Of a stretch of 64,000 nt of DNA, positions 50,549 to 61,727 are shown in pieces. The notes under the pieces were generated by a model, which saw nothing but the letters and a program-made list of their open reading frames with translations, made no database searches and was not told where the DNA came from. Source of the DNA: Ramazzottius varieornatus (Eukaryota; Animalia; Tardigrada); NCBI GenBank assembly GCA_001949185.1, contig BDGG01000002.1:1857826-1921825 (forward strand), written 5' to 3'. The translations under genes were made by a program, and so were the position numbers. How positions within the stretch are numbered: position 1 is the first letter of the stretch; each line of letters starts with the position of its first letter.

Positions 50549-51578
50549 CTAAACTATTCTCAAAAGATGAAATAACTGCGAGCGATTAGTTGCCTGTGGT
50601 ATATGAACTAAAGTCGGAGCATTAATACTTTGGCAGGCCATGAGCTTCTGTCCCTTTGCCGCTGAAATGAGAACCTTTTTCCTCGCTGCTGCTGCTGCCG
50701 CTGCTATCGCTGCCTTTCTCGCGCTCGAAAAGATCTCGGATTTCTTTTCAACCTTGACCTTGACAGCCTCTGCTTTCAGTATCTGTTTCAAAATAGCGCG
50801 CACCATTTCAGCATCTGCGCCCTACTCCAGCTTCCCGGCTTATTTTGAGGGCTCTTGGCTCCTTTCTCATCTGATTCTAAGCTTCCAGAGTTCTTGCCGT
50901 GATGACCACCATGGCCATGGGACTTGGAAGGACAGTGTTTCTCTGCGGACTCTTCGGAAGAATGCTTGCTGGAAGCAGCTGGACCAGCGGCTTACGTGCC
51001 GTTGCTCTTATTGGTCGAATCTGAGGATGATGGCGGAACAGCAGGTCCTGATGGTGAAGAGACGGGTTTTGCAGGTCCACTGGGTTTGATAAGGGACTCG
51101 GCTTTGCTGTGAAGGTCATCGGCATGCTGCGATATAGTTTGGACATCATCTTGCATCTTCGAAGGATGAATTTCCCCCGAAGACTTGGACAAAAGGCTGT
51201 TGATATGTTTTTCTGGCTGCGCTAACGCAGACAACTTCGCTCGCAGGTCCAGAAGCCAGAGGACCACTTGGTTTCGCCGTAGTTGGGCTATCAGATCGCG
51301 TAGTCGCACTACGAAGTACAAGATACGTTATTCATCCTCTGGTACGTCGACATCACTTCAGCGTACGTTAAAGTTCTTGACCTTGAATTCGCAACGTGAT
51401 TGAGTGGTTTTGCACCGTCTTGATGCTTAGCGAAAGGGCCGCCGCTCGCTAGACCATGTTTCTCAGCGGACTCTTTCGATGACAGGTGGCTCCATGGATG
51501 TGGACGTTTAACGTGGAAGAACTGCGCCGAGACACAGCCTACAAGAATTACAAGACTCAGAGGGATGAGACAGTTCAT
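50549..51578 (-). CDS. Secreted orphan protein, His/Ser/Lys/Ala-rich (structure uncertain)
   Basis: Signal MNCLIPLSLVILVGCVSA. Internal repeat HLSSKESAEKHG / HSSEESAEKHC. Basic Ala-rich C-terminal helix. An in-frame TAA at 50994-50992 lies within a possible 27-nt GTAAG..CAG intron. Confidence 0.5.
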
Positions 51579-52888
51579 TTTACCAACAGTGGACCAATGG
51601 AACTACCTCGAACAACTAACATTGATATGGTTGTTTGCTCCAGCTTCGCTTTTATACATCGGAGCTGGCACACCCGGGTCACTTTTATCAGCGGGATACG
51701 ACGAATGGACCGGGTTCACCGGTCGGAACTAGTCATGTGTCGCTTTGCACTTTTCAGCGATGCTATGGCCATCGTACTGAACATAAACGTGAGCTTTTTC
51801 ACCGGTGGAAGTTCTGAAGAGCTTCGATTTCGCGGTAGAGCCCTCCAACCATCCTTGGACCGTGCGCTGCAGTAAGCAGTAAGCAGTGGACCGTGCGAAC
51901 AGTGTCATGCGTTTCGTTACGTCAGCAATATTGGTAAGCCACATCACGCCGACAGTCATGGTCACTCGGCAGCAAGTCGATGCTTCGCCGACCAAGCTAA
52001 CAATGGGATTTTTCCAATCCGCCGCCACTAATCCCAAACCGACACTCCAGGTCGATAGAGAAGAGTTTCCTTTATCGTCTGAGCCGAAAACCTAGTCGGA
52101 ATAAATAAATCAAGAAAGTTTACGTCATCGCAGCGCACTGGAAAGGTCAATGGAATATCACTTCCAAACCCTCCACTTTATTTCAGAAACGGAATGAAGA
52201 ATTCTGGTGTTTGGTTCGGAAATTTTTGTTATATTAAGAAACTATATTTAATATAAATTTTTTTGTACTAAGTAAAGCTGTGGACGATTGTACAGTGTAT
52301 GTAAGGTGAATATCAAAACAATACTTGTGCAAACTGCTTTAAGATAAAATGCGTGGTGTGAAGGAGAGCGGTTAAAACGCGTGAGCTGTGCTCAACACAT
52401 TCTACATCATCGACTGACATCGAGAGCTCGACGTTTCCCGATGAACAATGACTGAGACATTGCTAACCAGGTATGGCTTACCGAGCAATCGTGCTGGTGG
52501 CTTTTGCTGGTCACGCGGTGCATTTGCGCACGGACTACGCGGTAAACAGCTTGAGTCTTGCGAGCTGGCCGATTTTTGCTTGTGGCGTTGATGAGCGAGC
52601 GAGAAGTCGTTCGAGTTGCCCTAACAGCTCCTCTCAATCTTCTTTTTGATGTTTTCTTGAAGCATGGACCACATTGGAAGATGTCCCTCTTGGAGAGACG
52701 TTGGCTGAAGCTTGGCGAGCCATAGTTGCACTCATGACACCGAAGCGAATGACGTCCGGACAGCGGCCTCTTCGTATGGCTGCAAATAGCGGCGACTAGT
52801 TAGGTGGGACCACATGACCGCCATAAAACAACATCAAAATGTTACAGCAATATGTAAACTTTGACTGCACAGCAGCCGTTTGCACCGG

Positions 52889-53069
52889 TACAGTGTAAGA
52901 CTAGATTAGCCTTCGAAAATGGATAAGATGGTTCGGCGGCACTGTATATAGAATGGTCAACCAGAGTTTGAGTTAGCCAGTAGCGCTTCTCCAAGTGGCT
53001 GACTGTCAACTGACACCGCCGGCCATCTATCTTACCCGTTATTGAAGGCTAATTTTATTTTTCACTGTA
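52889..53069. mobile_element. Tc1-like MITE (TA-CAGTG..CACTG-TA)
   Basis: TACAGTGTAA..ATTAGCCTTC..GATAAGATGG is mirrored by CCATCTATC..GAAGGCTAAT..TTCACTGTA. Confidence 0.65.
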
Positions 53070-54551
53070 CCACGATCCTCGGTGTTAAACGGGTGATTGT
53101 CTACAGGGGTGCGCTGAAGTCAGCGAGCTAGCTGGCGATCTCGGAGTTACTGTACAACCAGCCCAGCCAGATCTCTGGTTCACCAGACAAGAAAGCTGAT
53201 TTTACGATAGCAGGTTCAACCTGGACCAAAAACTCGTTTCACACCAGTTTGCGCAACTACGCGAACAGTAAAGGTTATCCGAGTGAGAGTCATCCGGGCA
53301 GCACTATTAACATCTGAGGCCGTCGCGACCAACTTGCGAAATGCGTGAAATTTCAGATTGTTCAGGAATCGGTTTTTCGCTGTGGGGTGTTGAGGGTCGG
53401 TATGAAACGATTGGCAGTTCTCGGCCTACGACCCTCAAAAAATACCATGTTTCCAGGGCCCTGCTAGGGATGACATCCAACAGTGAGCTCGACTGGCCTA
53501 CTTTTACAAAGGAGAGTCAACATTGCTCTTTCTAACATGCCTACGTGTGAGATTATCTTAGCTCTACAGAGAATTTTTGCTGTGAAGGAAGTTAGGGGGT
53601 GTCCATATGCATAAAAGAGACGGTGTATCGCGGACAGTAGATGCGTTTTACTATGGTCTCCTGCAAACTGGGACTTCAGAGAACCCAGTCGATATAATAC
53701 ACACTACGTCTGCCGTATTAAATACATTCGGTTCGTCTCTGTTGAAATTGCCGCCTTACCGTGAATGGACATTCCATTTTGGACACACCGCATGCATGGG
53801 CACTTTCTGCAGCGGGATCGCATCTGGATTTCCGGATCACACCTGTTGTTGTTCGTGCACTGGAAGAATTGCCAGCCTACCTGGCTGTTGCCTACAATGG
53901 CCTGGCTCCGCTCGAAGAAACCCTGTAAAGTGCTCAAAATGATAATAGCGCTGCTTGGGAGTTTAGGTAGCAGAAACACTCAAATCGATGTACAACGATG
54001 TACACTTGTGTCACAGTAATCTGGGAGAATTCCCACTGGCCTTGCAGGCTTCAAAAGCAACAGCTTCATAGTGGTAGCCGGTCGCAGAGCTTGAACACAC
54101 GACACACTTTGCAGAAGGATGCCGCGCTGCATTGTCCAGCGTCATGTCGAACAACGCGAACTTCGCGGAAGTACACGGTGTCTTACCCCGTACACGGGGC
54201 GTCTGACAGGCTTGTTAGCGAGAAAGCTACCATTCAACTGCTAGAACCGCCGACCTGCAACAGCGTTTGTTTCAAGCTCGCAATGTATTCTCTTTAAATA
54301 TTTCTTTTTCGCTTGTAGCAATACCGATAGATTTCCGACAGGTAAGCCTGCCGCGACCATTATTTAATTATAATTGCATTTGAGCTAGTAAACATCCGTT
54401 CAGAAAGCTGCGCTTAGTCTCCGCTAGTCTGGTGAAGTGTCGCAATAGCGTGATTCGTAGCAAGGGCGCTTTTACTTGAAGCTTCTATTGTTTTCAAACC
54501 ATTTGAGTCTCATTTATCGTGCTATGCCTTGCTACAGTTTAGGCAAATAAG

Positions 54552-55311
54552 GCACACGTACTTAGCATAATTATGGGCATGGAAAAAATTTTGGGCACTG
54601 ACCGGAAGCGGCAGGTGCCAGCTAAAACCGACCAATCAATCGAATTACTACCACTTTCGGCCGGTGCTCAAAATTTTGTCCATGCCCATAATTAGGCAAA
54701 GTACGTGTACTCCAAAAGAGGGCAGGGCCAAAATCGTGTTCTCGACTGGCGACGTAAGAACTTCGGCTCGAAGTGATCAGCTGATCAAGCTCCATTTCAC
54801 GTTTCTGGATTGCTTGATCAGCTATTTACTTTCTACGCCACCGGTCAAAAACTCGATTTTGGCCATGCACCCTTCTAGAGTACACGCACGACGAGATATT
54901 ACGGTCCAGTAAAAATTACGGACCAGGCCTTTTCGCTACGGCGGCACGGGCAGGTGATTCTTGCTTCAGGTAAAAACCACATCGAAGGCTGCACTGCTGT
55001 ACGTGCGTGCTGGATATTAGGCCGAGGAGCTAAAGCTTGTCATATTAATGTTATAGCAGTCAGATCGTCATTATACCTTCGACAGTTCAAACTATTCCAA
55101 GGCTTCTCCGGCCGCCGGGAGAAAGTCGACAGCAGCATAGAAGCGTTAGAGTAAAACAGCTGATCAACTGATGACCAGTGTCCATGACAATTGTTCTACG
55201 GCTGAATTTTACTACGTTACGTCATTTGTGCGATTTCTGTTTCTGACATTCATGAAAATTGTGAATTTGCCGTCTTTTCCGCCTGGCCCGTAATATCTTG
55301 TCGTGCGTATA
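54552..55311. mobile_element. Stack of three adjacent MITEs (54552-54710, about 54716-54878, 54881-55311)
   Basis: TIR pairs: ACACGTACTT..TAATTATGGGCATGGA / TCCATGCCCATAATTA..AAGTACGTGT; GGCCAAAATCG / CGATTTTGGCC; TACACGCACGACGAGATATTACGG / CCGTAATATCTTGTCGTGCGTATA. Confidence 0.7.
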
Positions 55312-55559
55312 CCTTGTTTGCCTACACTGTTTGCCTTCATTCTTCGCGAACTGCGAAATTTTATCAGTTGGATGATGCGTGAGCAGACAATACAACGTCT
55401 AGAGTAAAAATGCAAAAGCCAAATGTGGACTTTGAATCGAACCCACCGAGATAACATCGATCAAGGATAGCACGATCATCGAGGTATACTAGGCAATACT
55501 GTCAGTACATCGGGCAAACCAGTGGTGAAGCAGGAGAAAAAGACATCATCATTTTCGGC

Positions 55560-57573
55560 ATGGAAGACCTTTGCTGTATTAGGCTAGGCCTCGCTTGGCT
55601 GATCTGGAGCATTCGTCGGGTTTGTACGCTGGCAGTCGATAGTCGGCCAAACATTATTTTGATCGTGGCCGACGATCTGGTAAGCCGGAAGAAGGAATTA
55701 CGATTTTTTACTATAAGTACGTGTGGCGGGTCTTTTGGTTTCGGAATTATCGACATCCACAGGGTTGGAACGACGTCAGTTTCCACGGTTCGGATCAAAT
55801 TCCAACGCCGCACATCGACCGACTGGCGAAACAGGGTGTCGTATTGAACAACTATTACGTTACGCCTATTTGTACTCCTTCAAGGAGTTCTTTGCTAACC
55901 GGTAGATATCCCGTTCACCTAGGTAAGAGGCGATCTTGACTATTTGTTCCCGAATGATGTGAAATCCAGACTACATACGCAATAATAAAGTACAATGTTC
56001 GCAGGAACCCAGCATAATGTTCTCTATGCGACGGAGCCTTGGGGCCTTGGATTGAAGGAACAACTCCTACCAGAATACCTCAACGGTCTTGGTTACACTT
56101 CTCACATGATTGGCAAAGTATGACAGTGAGAAGGCTCTCTGAGACATTAGCTTCTCAGATATATCTCTCTGGAAGATCTGTTTGTGTTTCTAGTGGCACC
56201 TTGGCTTTTTCGACCGCAAACACTTACCGAGTATGGTCAAAGATCGGTGACCATCTTACCGTAGCTGACAGGACTGTAACATTCGAAGCGTCTCGTAGCG
56301 AAAACTCTACGCACTGTTTGCAGCTCGACGAGGATTCAAGAGCCATTTTGGTTACTGGACTGGTCATGCGGATTACTTCGACCACACTGCGCAAGAAGTA
56401 AGCGAATCTTTGATCCAACATCCTCCAGTCGTTACTACAGTAGTTCAGAATGGTTTGCTGACTGTAACGCTCTAGTGGACAGAATGGGGCCTGGACCTGC
56501 GGGACGATGACGAGCTGGTGCGGAACCTGACCGGACATTACGCCACCGACCTGTTCACTGACCGAGCTGTAACCCTCATTGCAAATCATGACAAGTCCCA
56601 GCCCCTATTTCTCTACCTGGCGCACCTGGCTGTTCACAGTGCCAACCAGTATGATCCCCTCCAAACTACTCGTCGCTACTATGAGCGGTTCCCGCACATC
56701 CGCCATCCTGGCAGGCGACTCTTTGCTGGTAGGCGTCGTTCTGTTTACGCTTCTGTTGCCTGCGCGGAAGATTTCTGCCTGGTTGTTTTAGGGATGATTG
56801 CGGGGCTGGATGAATCAGTGGAGAGAGTCTACCATGCGCTAGTCCGCGCCGGTATGGACAATAACACCATGATCATTTTCACCACCGATAACGGCGGTCC
56901 GGCTGCTGGATTCGACGACAACTACGCCAACAATTATCCGCTCCGTGGAGTAAAAGATACCTTATGGGAAGGCGGAGTTCGTGGTACCGCATTCATCTGG
57001 AGTAAACTCCTGGCGAAACCCCGACGCCAGTCTACCCAGCTCATGCACATCTCTGATTGGGTCCCTACGCTCTTATCTGCAGCCGGACAGAAGCTTAACG
57101 ATAAAAAACTTGACGGTATCGACATGTGGTCGAGCCTGTCCAACGGTGGACCCTCACCGAGGAAGGAAGTCCTGTTGAATATTGACCATGAACGAGGCAT
57201 CTATGCCCTGCGACGTGGTCAGTACAAGTTGATACTGGGGACGACCTACAACGGCGATTGGGATGGGTGGTATCCGCCAGAGGGCGAAACGAGCAGAACG
57301 AGGACGGAGGAACGCGCTACGACGATCTGCGGACCGGTACCGAAGGTGAGGGCGACGTCCTGTCAGCCCATGCGCAGCGCTTGCTTGTTCAATGTCGAGA
57401 AAGATCCATGCGAGCACACGAACTTGGCGGATGACAAACCTGAAGTGGTACAAAGACTGATGAACAGGTTGAAGGCTGTAAATGCTACTGTGATGCCACC
57501 GAGAAATGTACCAGCAGATCCGCAAGGTAGCCCTCGACTTTACGGGTACGCCTGGTCGCCTTGGAAAGAATGA
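55560..57573 (+). CDS. ARSB: Arylsulfatase B-like (canonical)
   Basis: [12 protein letters not shown]|[94 protein letters not shown] and [11 protein letters not shown]. Confidence 0.93.
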
Positions 57574-57677
57574 GGTTACTGATGTATCGCTCGCGGTGTA
57601 TACATCGGAAAAATGTCCCTGTTCTGAGAACGTACGAAAACCCATTTTTTGTGCACTACCACGTACTACACTGTAAG

Positions 57678-57878
57678 TACACGAACGACAAGAAACTATG
57701 GGCCAGTAAAAATTACGGACCAAGCCTTTTCGCTACGGCGGTACGGAACCATGTACGCGCGCGACTCGTCCACACTAATGTACTTTCTGTCGCTTTTCTA
57801 CGGTTGGATTTAAATTTTGTCGTCTTTTCCGCCTGGCCCATAATTTTTACTGGCCCGTATTTCCTCGTCGCGTGTTTA
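57678..57878. mobile_element. MITE, same family as 18680-18882 and 47984-48193
   Basis: GAAACTATGGGCCAGTAAAAATTA .. TAATTTTTACTGGCCCGTATTTC, core CTTTTCGCTACGGCGGTACGG. Confidence 0.8.
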
Positions 57879-58399
57879 CATATCGCAGAAGTGAAATCTA
57901 ATGTTTAATGTTTAAGACAAGCGAGAAAGGATCTTTAATTTGTGGAACGTGCCAAGAGATCCAATCGGATAGAACTAGGTACAACACCCTACTGAAGAAA
58001 ACTCTTGGTTGCACCAATCCCAGATTCCCCATAGGGAGCGCGAGATCCAGAGCTTCCAACCGGAACTGCAAATTCATGAAAAAAAACACTATCCAGTTGA
58101 TTGATACTTTGCAAAGACACGCTGAGCGTATTACAAAATCAATTGATCAACTGGTGCCGGAAAACCGAAAATTATATCGTTACGGGGAACCATCGTTGAG
58201 TCTCCGAAAACCCGGATATTACACCCTCCGGAACACAAACGGATAGGCCGCAGCGCTCGGTTATTCTGGACGGGAACTCCCACACGGTCGTAATGACCAG
58301 ACTGAATCACTGATTTTTCTTCAGTGATCCCATACTCTTCCTTCATTTGACTGCTCCTTTGCTTTGGTAAGTTTTGCGGAATACGTGTAAAAAGCCAGG

Positions 58400-61300
58400 A
58401 TGGCAGCCAGACGACGAGCGAGGGACAACTCCGTGGAAGAGGAGGACGCTGAGCTACCTGAAGAAGCCTCCAAAACAACGGGTACTGCTCACCACTGAGG
58501 GTGCACCAAGACTTTCTAGCCTAGCTTTGCCGGTTTATTCTTCCCCTTTTCAGGTCGATCGACCCGTAAACGCACTGTCAAAGACATGGCGGAGTCTGAA
58601 GAAGATCCAGAAAAGCAGCGTCTGCAGAAAGCTCACAGCAAACGTAAGTTGTATGCAGCTTGGCTGATGAACGGGTCGGGAATTCCCAGTCTTACATTTT
58701 TCATTGATTCATGATGTTCTTACGGGAAGCTTATTGTTTCTGCAAATTACATCGTCGTCATGTTTTTCGACCAGAGATGCATGATGCTAAACATGGCGGG
58801 CCAGAAAGCGGGACAGAAATGGAAGCTTGATGATCGTGCTGTTTACGGCGAGAATCTTCAAGTTCGTGATTTAATCATCGTCCAGCATCCCTTCAAAATG
58901 GACCAGTTTCAACAATGGTCCAGAGCCGAAATCCGAATGGTCACGTTTGTGCGAAAGTCTGCCGATGGTCTAGTTAAACAACTAGAAGAGAGGGCCATTG
59001 TACGTACAGATCAACTTTGATGTGTTTTGATCCAGTTTTTATTATTATTGTGTTATACTGTAACATATGAGGCTGGCCGCAAAAACGGGTTGGGAACTCC
59101 CAGTCTGTTTGAACCTGCAGAGTTTTCCGCAGAAATTTTCCGTATTCTATTTCCAGGGAAGATCTCGAAAGAAAGCTTGCGAACAGCTCTCCCCTTCCCA
59201 CCAGGAGAAAGAACAGAGCTTTGTGAATGGCCTGTTCGCTGACTTGGACGGCCCAAAGTCTACACCTGATCGTGAACCTTGTCCTGAAAACTATCTTCCC
59301 GAAGAATCACAGCAGCTGGATTTGCCTATGACGCAGGACAACGATTCGAGTCTCGGTGAGGAAAACCGCCATAGCGAGACAGTCAATACCGGATCAACCG
59401 ATCATACCAACGCCGCTGTCAAGTTGCAGCACCGGACAAGGACGCGACAGACATCGTGAAGCCTCACCTGCCTCTCGCTTCACGTCTAATGGATGACAAT
59501 GGAAGTTTGATCCTTATACTGGGCGCCGATTGACAGGTACGGACCCTCACTACCCGCATGACGTCAGAAGTGTGTTTTTCGCTGCGAAGAGAAGTTATGA
59601 CGTCAGTGCATCATTCAGATGAAACGTCTGGATGACGCCATGTTGCTCGTGGGTGCTTCTACACACCACAGCTAACCCACATAGTGACGTCACAGCCAGT
59701 AAATCCGAAGGATTTTATCCTTTTTCCTTTTAGGTCCTCGTGAACGGTTCTCCATCACGCCTGAGTCGTCACCAGAAAAACTACCGCGTCCCAGGATTGA
59801 CTGAAGCGAGGACACCGAAGAGAACGGACGAGGTATTTCAGTTTCACCTTGGAAATTTCACCGGATTTCGATTGCCTATTTTTTTTTTAAATTCTGTTTC
59901 TGTCCCGCATCACAATGATCGATCAGCGCAAAACGGGAATTCCCTTCTGGAAAGCCGAGAAGTTTGGCCTTGCGCGGTAAGCGCAAAACTTCCGTTGACG
60001 ACAGTTTTCTAAGTGCAATGTTTTTTTCAGATGCACTTGGTGGCCGACGTGCTTCCAGATCCAGCTATCCGACGCAACGCAGACGTCCGGGCCAGGGAGT
60101 CGTCTGGAGCGATGAAGATGATGAAGAAGCTGAAAGTGATCGGAAGTCTCCAGTACATGGTACGCTCAACTTTCTGTCTTTATTTAACATCCGTACCAGC
60201 AGTATTTTCGCAGGCTCGTCGAAACCCACGGAGTCTCTCTCTCCTCATGCGATAGCATCATCGCATGGGCAGCGACAGACTATAGATGGGAACTCTCTGT
60301 CGACCAAATCAAGAAACTCGAATGGTATGTTGAGACTTTCACATCGGACAATACAGCCATCATTCGAAGTTTCTACAGCAGATGGAACTCCACTCAACAG
60401 TACTCCGGATCCGCTGGCTTCAAGTACCGTTCCGTATCCCATTTCAAATTGTATTGTAATTTGTCCATGCTAACCTAGTTCCAGTGTCAGGAAAATACCC
60501 ACATGCTTCACGAGGATCGAACCCAGCGTTCCTAAAGCCAGAGTACCTGAAGCCGTGGAAAGGAACTGGTGCCTTGAGGTACTGCAGGGATATTGCAGTG
60601 AAACTGCCTAAGACACCAGGTCAGAGCCGGCCTTAACTTGCTGGCAGCCCATTATAACCCGTTTTGATAATGTATTGGTTTCAGCCGCCGGCTCCAGTTC
60701 ACTACTGGGGAGCCGCAGCTCGGACGCATATGGGAACCCCCACCCTGTTTTAAAGCTGAAAGCTTCCTCGAGTCCGGCTGGAAGGAATGCTCGATCACCC
60801 TCCAGTGAGCAACGCCTTCAACAAATTTTATTCCATCTGCATCACACAAAATAAAAATGTTTATCTTTAGGTGGTCTCACGCCTCTTCAAAAGAACCTGC
60901 TGCAACGTGTGAAGAACAGCATAAAGAATCCGGGATATGGAAAGGAAGAAATGTTTCCGGGTAGCTTGCGGTGGGTCTTGACGGCTCGTTTCTCCGTCTT
61001 CAAGAAGCAACTCCGATCCAATCCGATGCTTGATGCGGTCGACCTCGCACTTCTCCTGTTCGGTAGCCACAAGACCGCCATGGCCATTTGCACCGGCCGG
61101 AACTTCGGGCTGCAGGCCGCTCTAGGCCGTGATACCGTCATCGATATCACGGGTACGCTTCCTGAACACATAATTGTGGATAGTTCTGACGGTGCTTTGG
61201 GGACTCCCTAACTGTTTTGGTTTCGCAGGCTGGATAAACACTTATCATCCACACTGCGCGAAGAACCCGGTGGTTCACATCAGTGTCGAAGACCTTCTTG

Positions 61301-61440
61301 GAGCTTTCAGCAAGCGTCTGACGTACTATCGGAAAGCAAGCTCGACAAGTGACTATGATCGATATGGGGCTGGAGCCTCTACCAGTAAGGCAAGGGATTC
61401 TCCCGTACCGTACATCGACGAGGGGGAAGGAGATCTGTAG
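58400..61440 (+). CDS. Probable BEN-domain DNA-binding/chromatin protein
   Basis: Multi-exon. Charged N-terminus MAARRRARDNSVEEED, small globular segment (LQVRDLIIVQHP..WSRAEIRMVT), long Ser/Thr/Pro-rich linker. C-terminal EEMFPGSLRWV..AVDLALLLFG..ICTGR..AALGRDTVIDIT|GWINTYHP..LLGAFSKRLTYYRK fits the BEN pattern by eye. Confidence 0.6.
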
Positions 61441-61727
61441 ACAGCAGTGTCGCTGTTCTCTTTGTCCGTTTGGGGACTCCCTGCCAATGGAAATCTGCTT
61501 TTGAGCTAGATTTCCATTGGACAACGCGTTAGCTCCGTCTGTCATTTTAGTTTGTCAGTTTGAGAACTTCCTCGTGGATGTTACGAGAACCTCGAATGCT
61601 GCTAAAGTAAAAATATCACTCAGATCCGTGCTACCTTCGTCTCAGTCGTTAAAAGCCCCCCGCGAACGTAGGAGCTAGGACGAACCGAAAAGCAGAAAAT
61701 ACTCCGTCTCTGTTGCCTAAACCGCAG

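Noticed and set aside
57908-58246. 112-aa ORF between ARSB and the BEN-like gene
   Set aside because: No motif or splice support. More likely promoter or 5' UTR sequence.
60505-60530. GGATCGAACCC (B-box / tRNA T-loop in reverse)
   Set aside because: No cloverleaf or A-box could be built, and it lies in a probable coding exon of the BEN-like gene.
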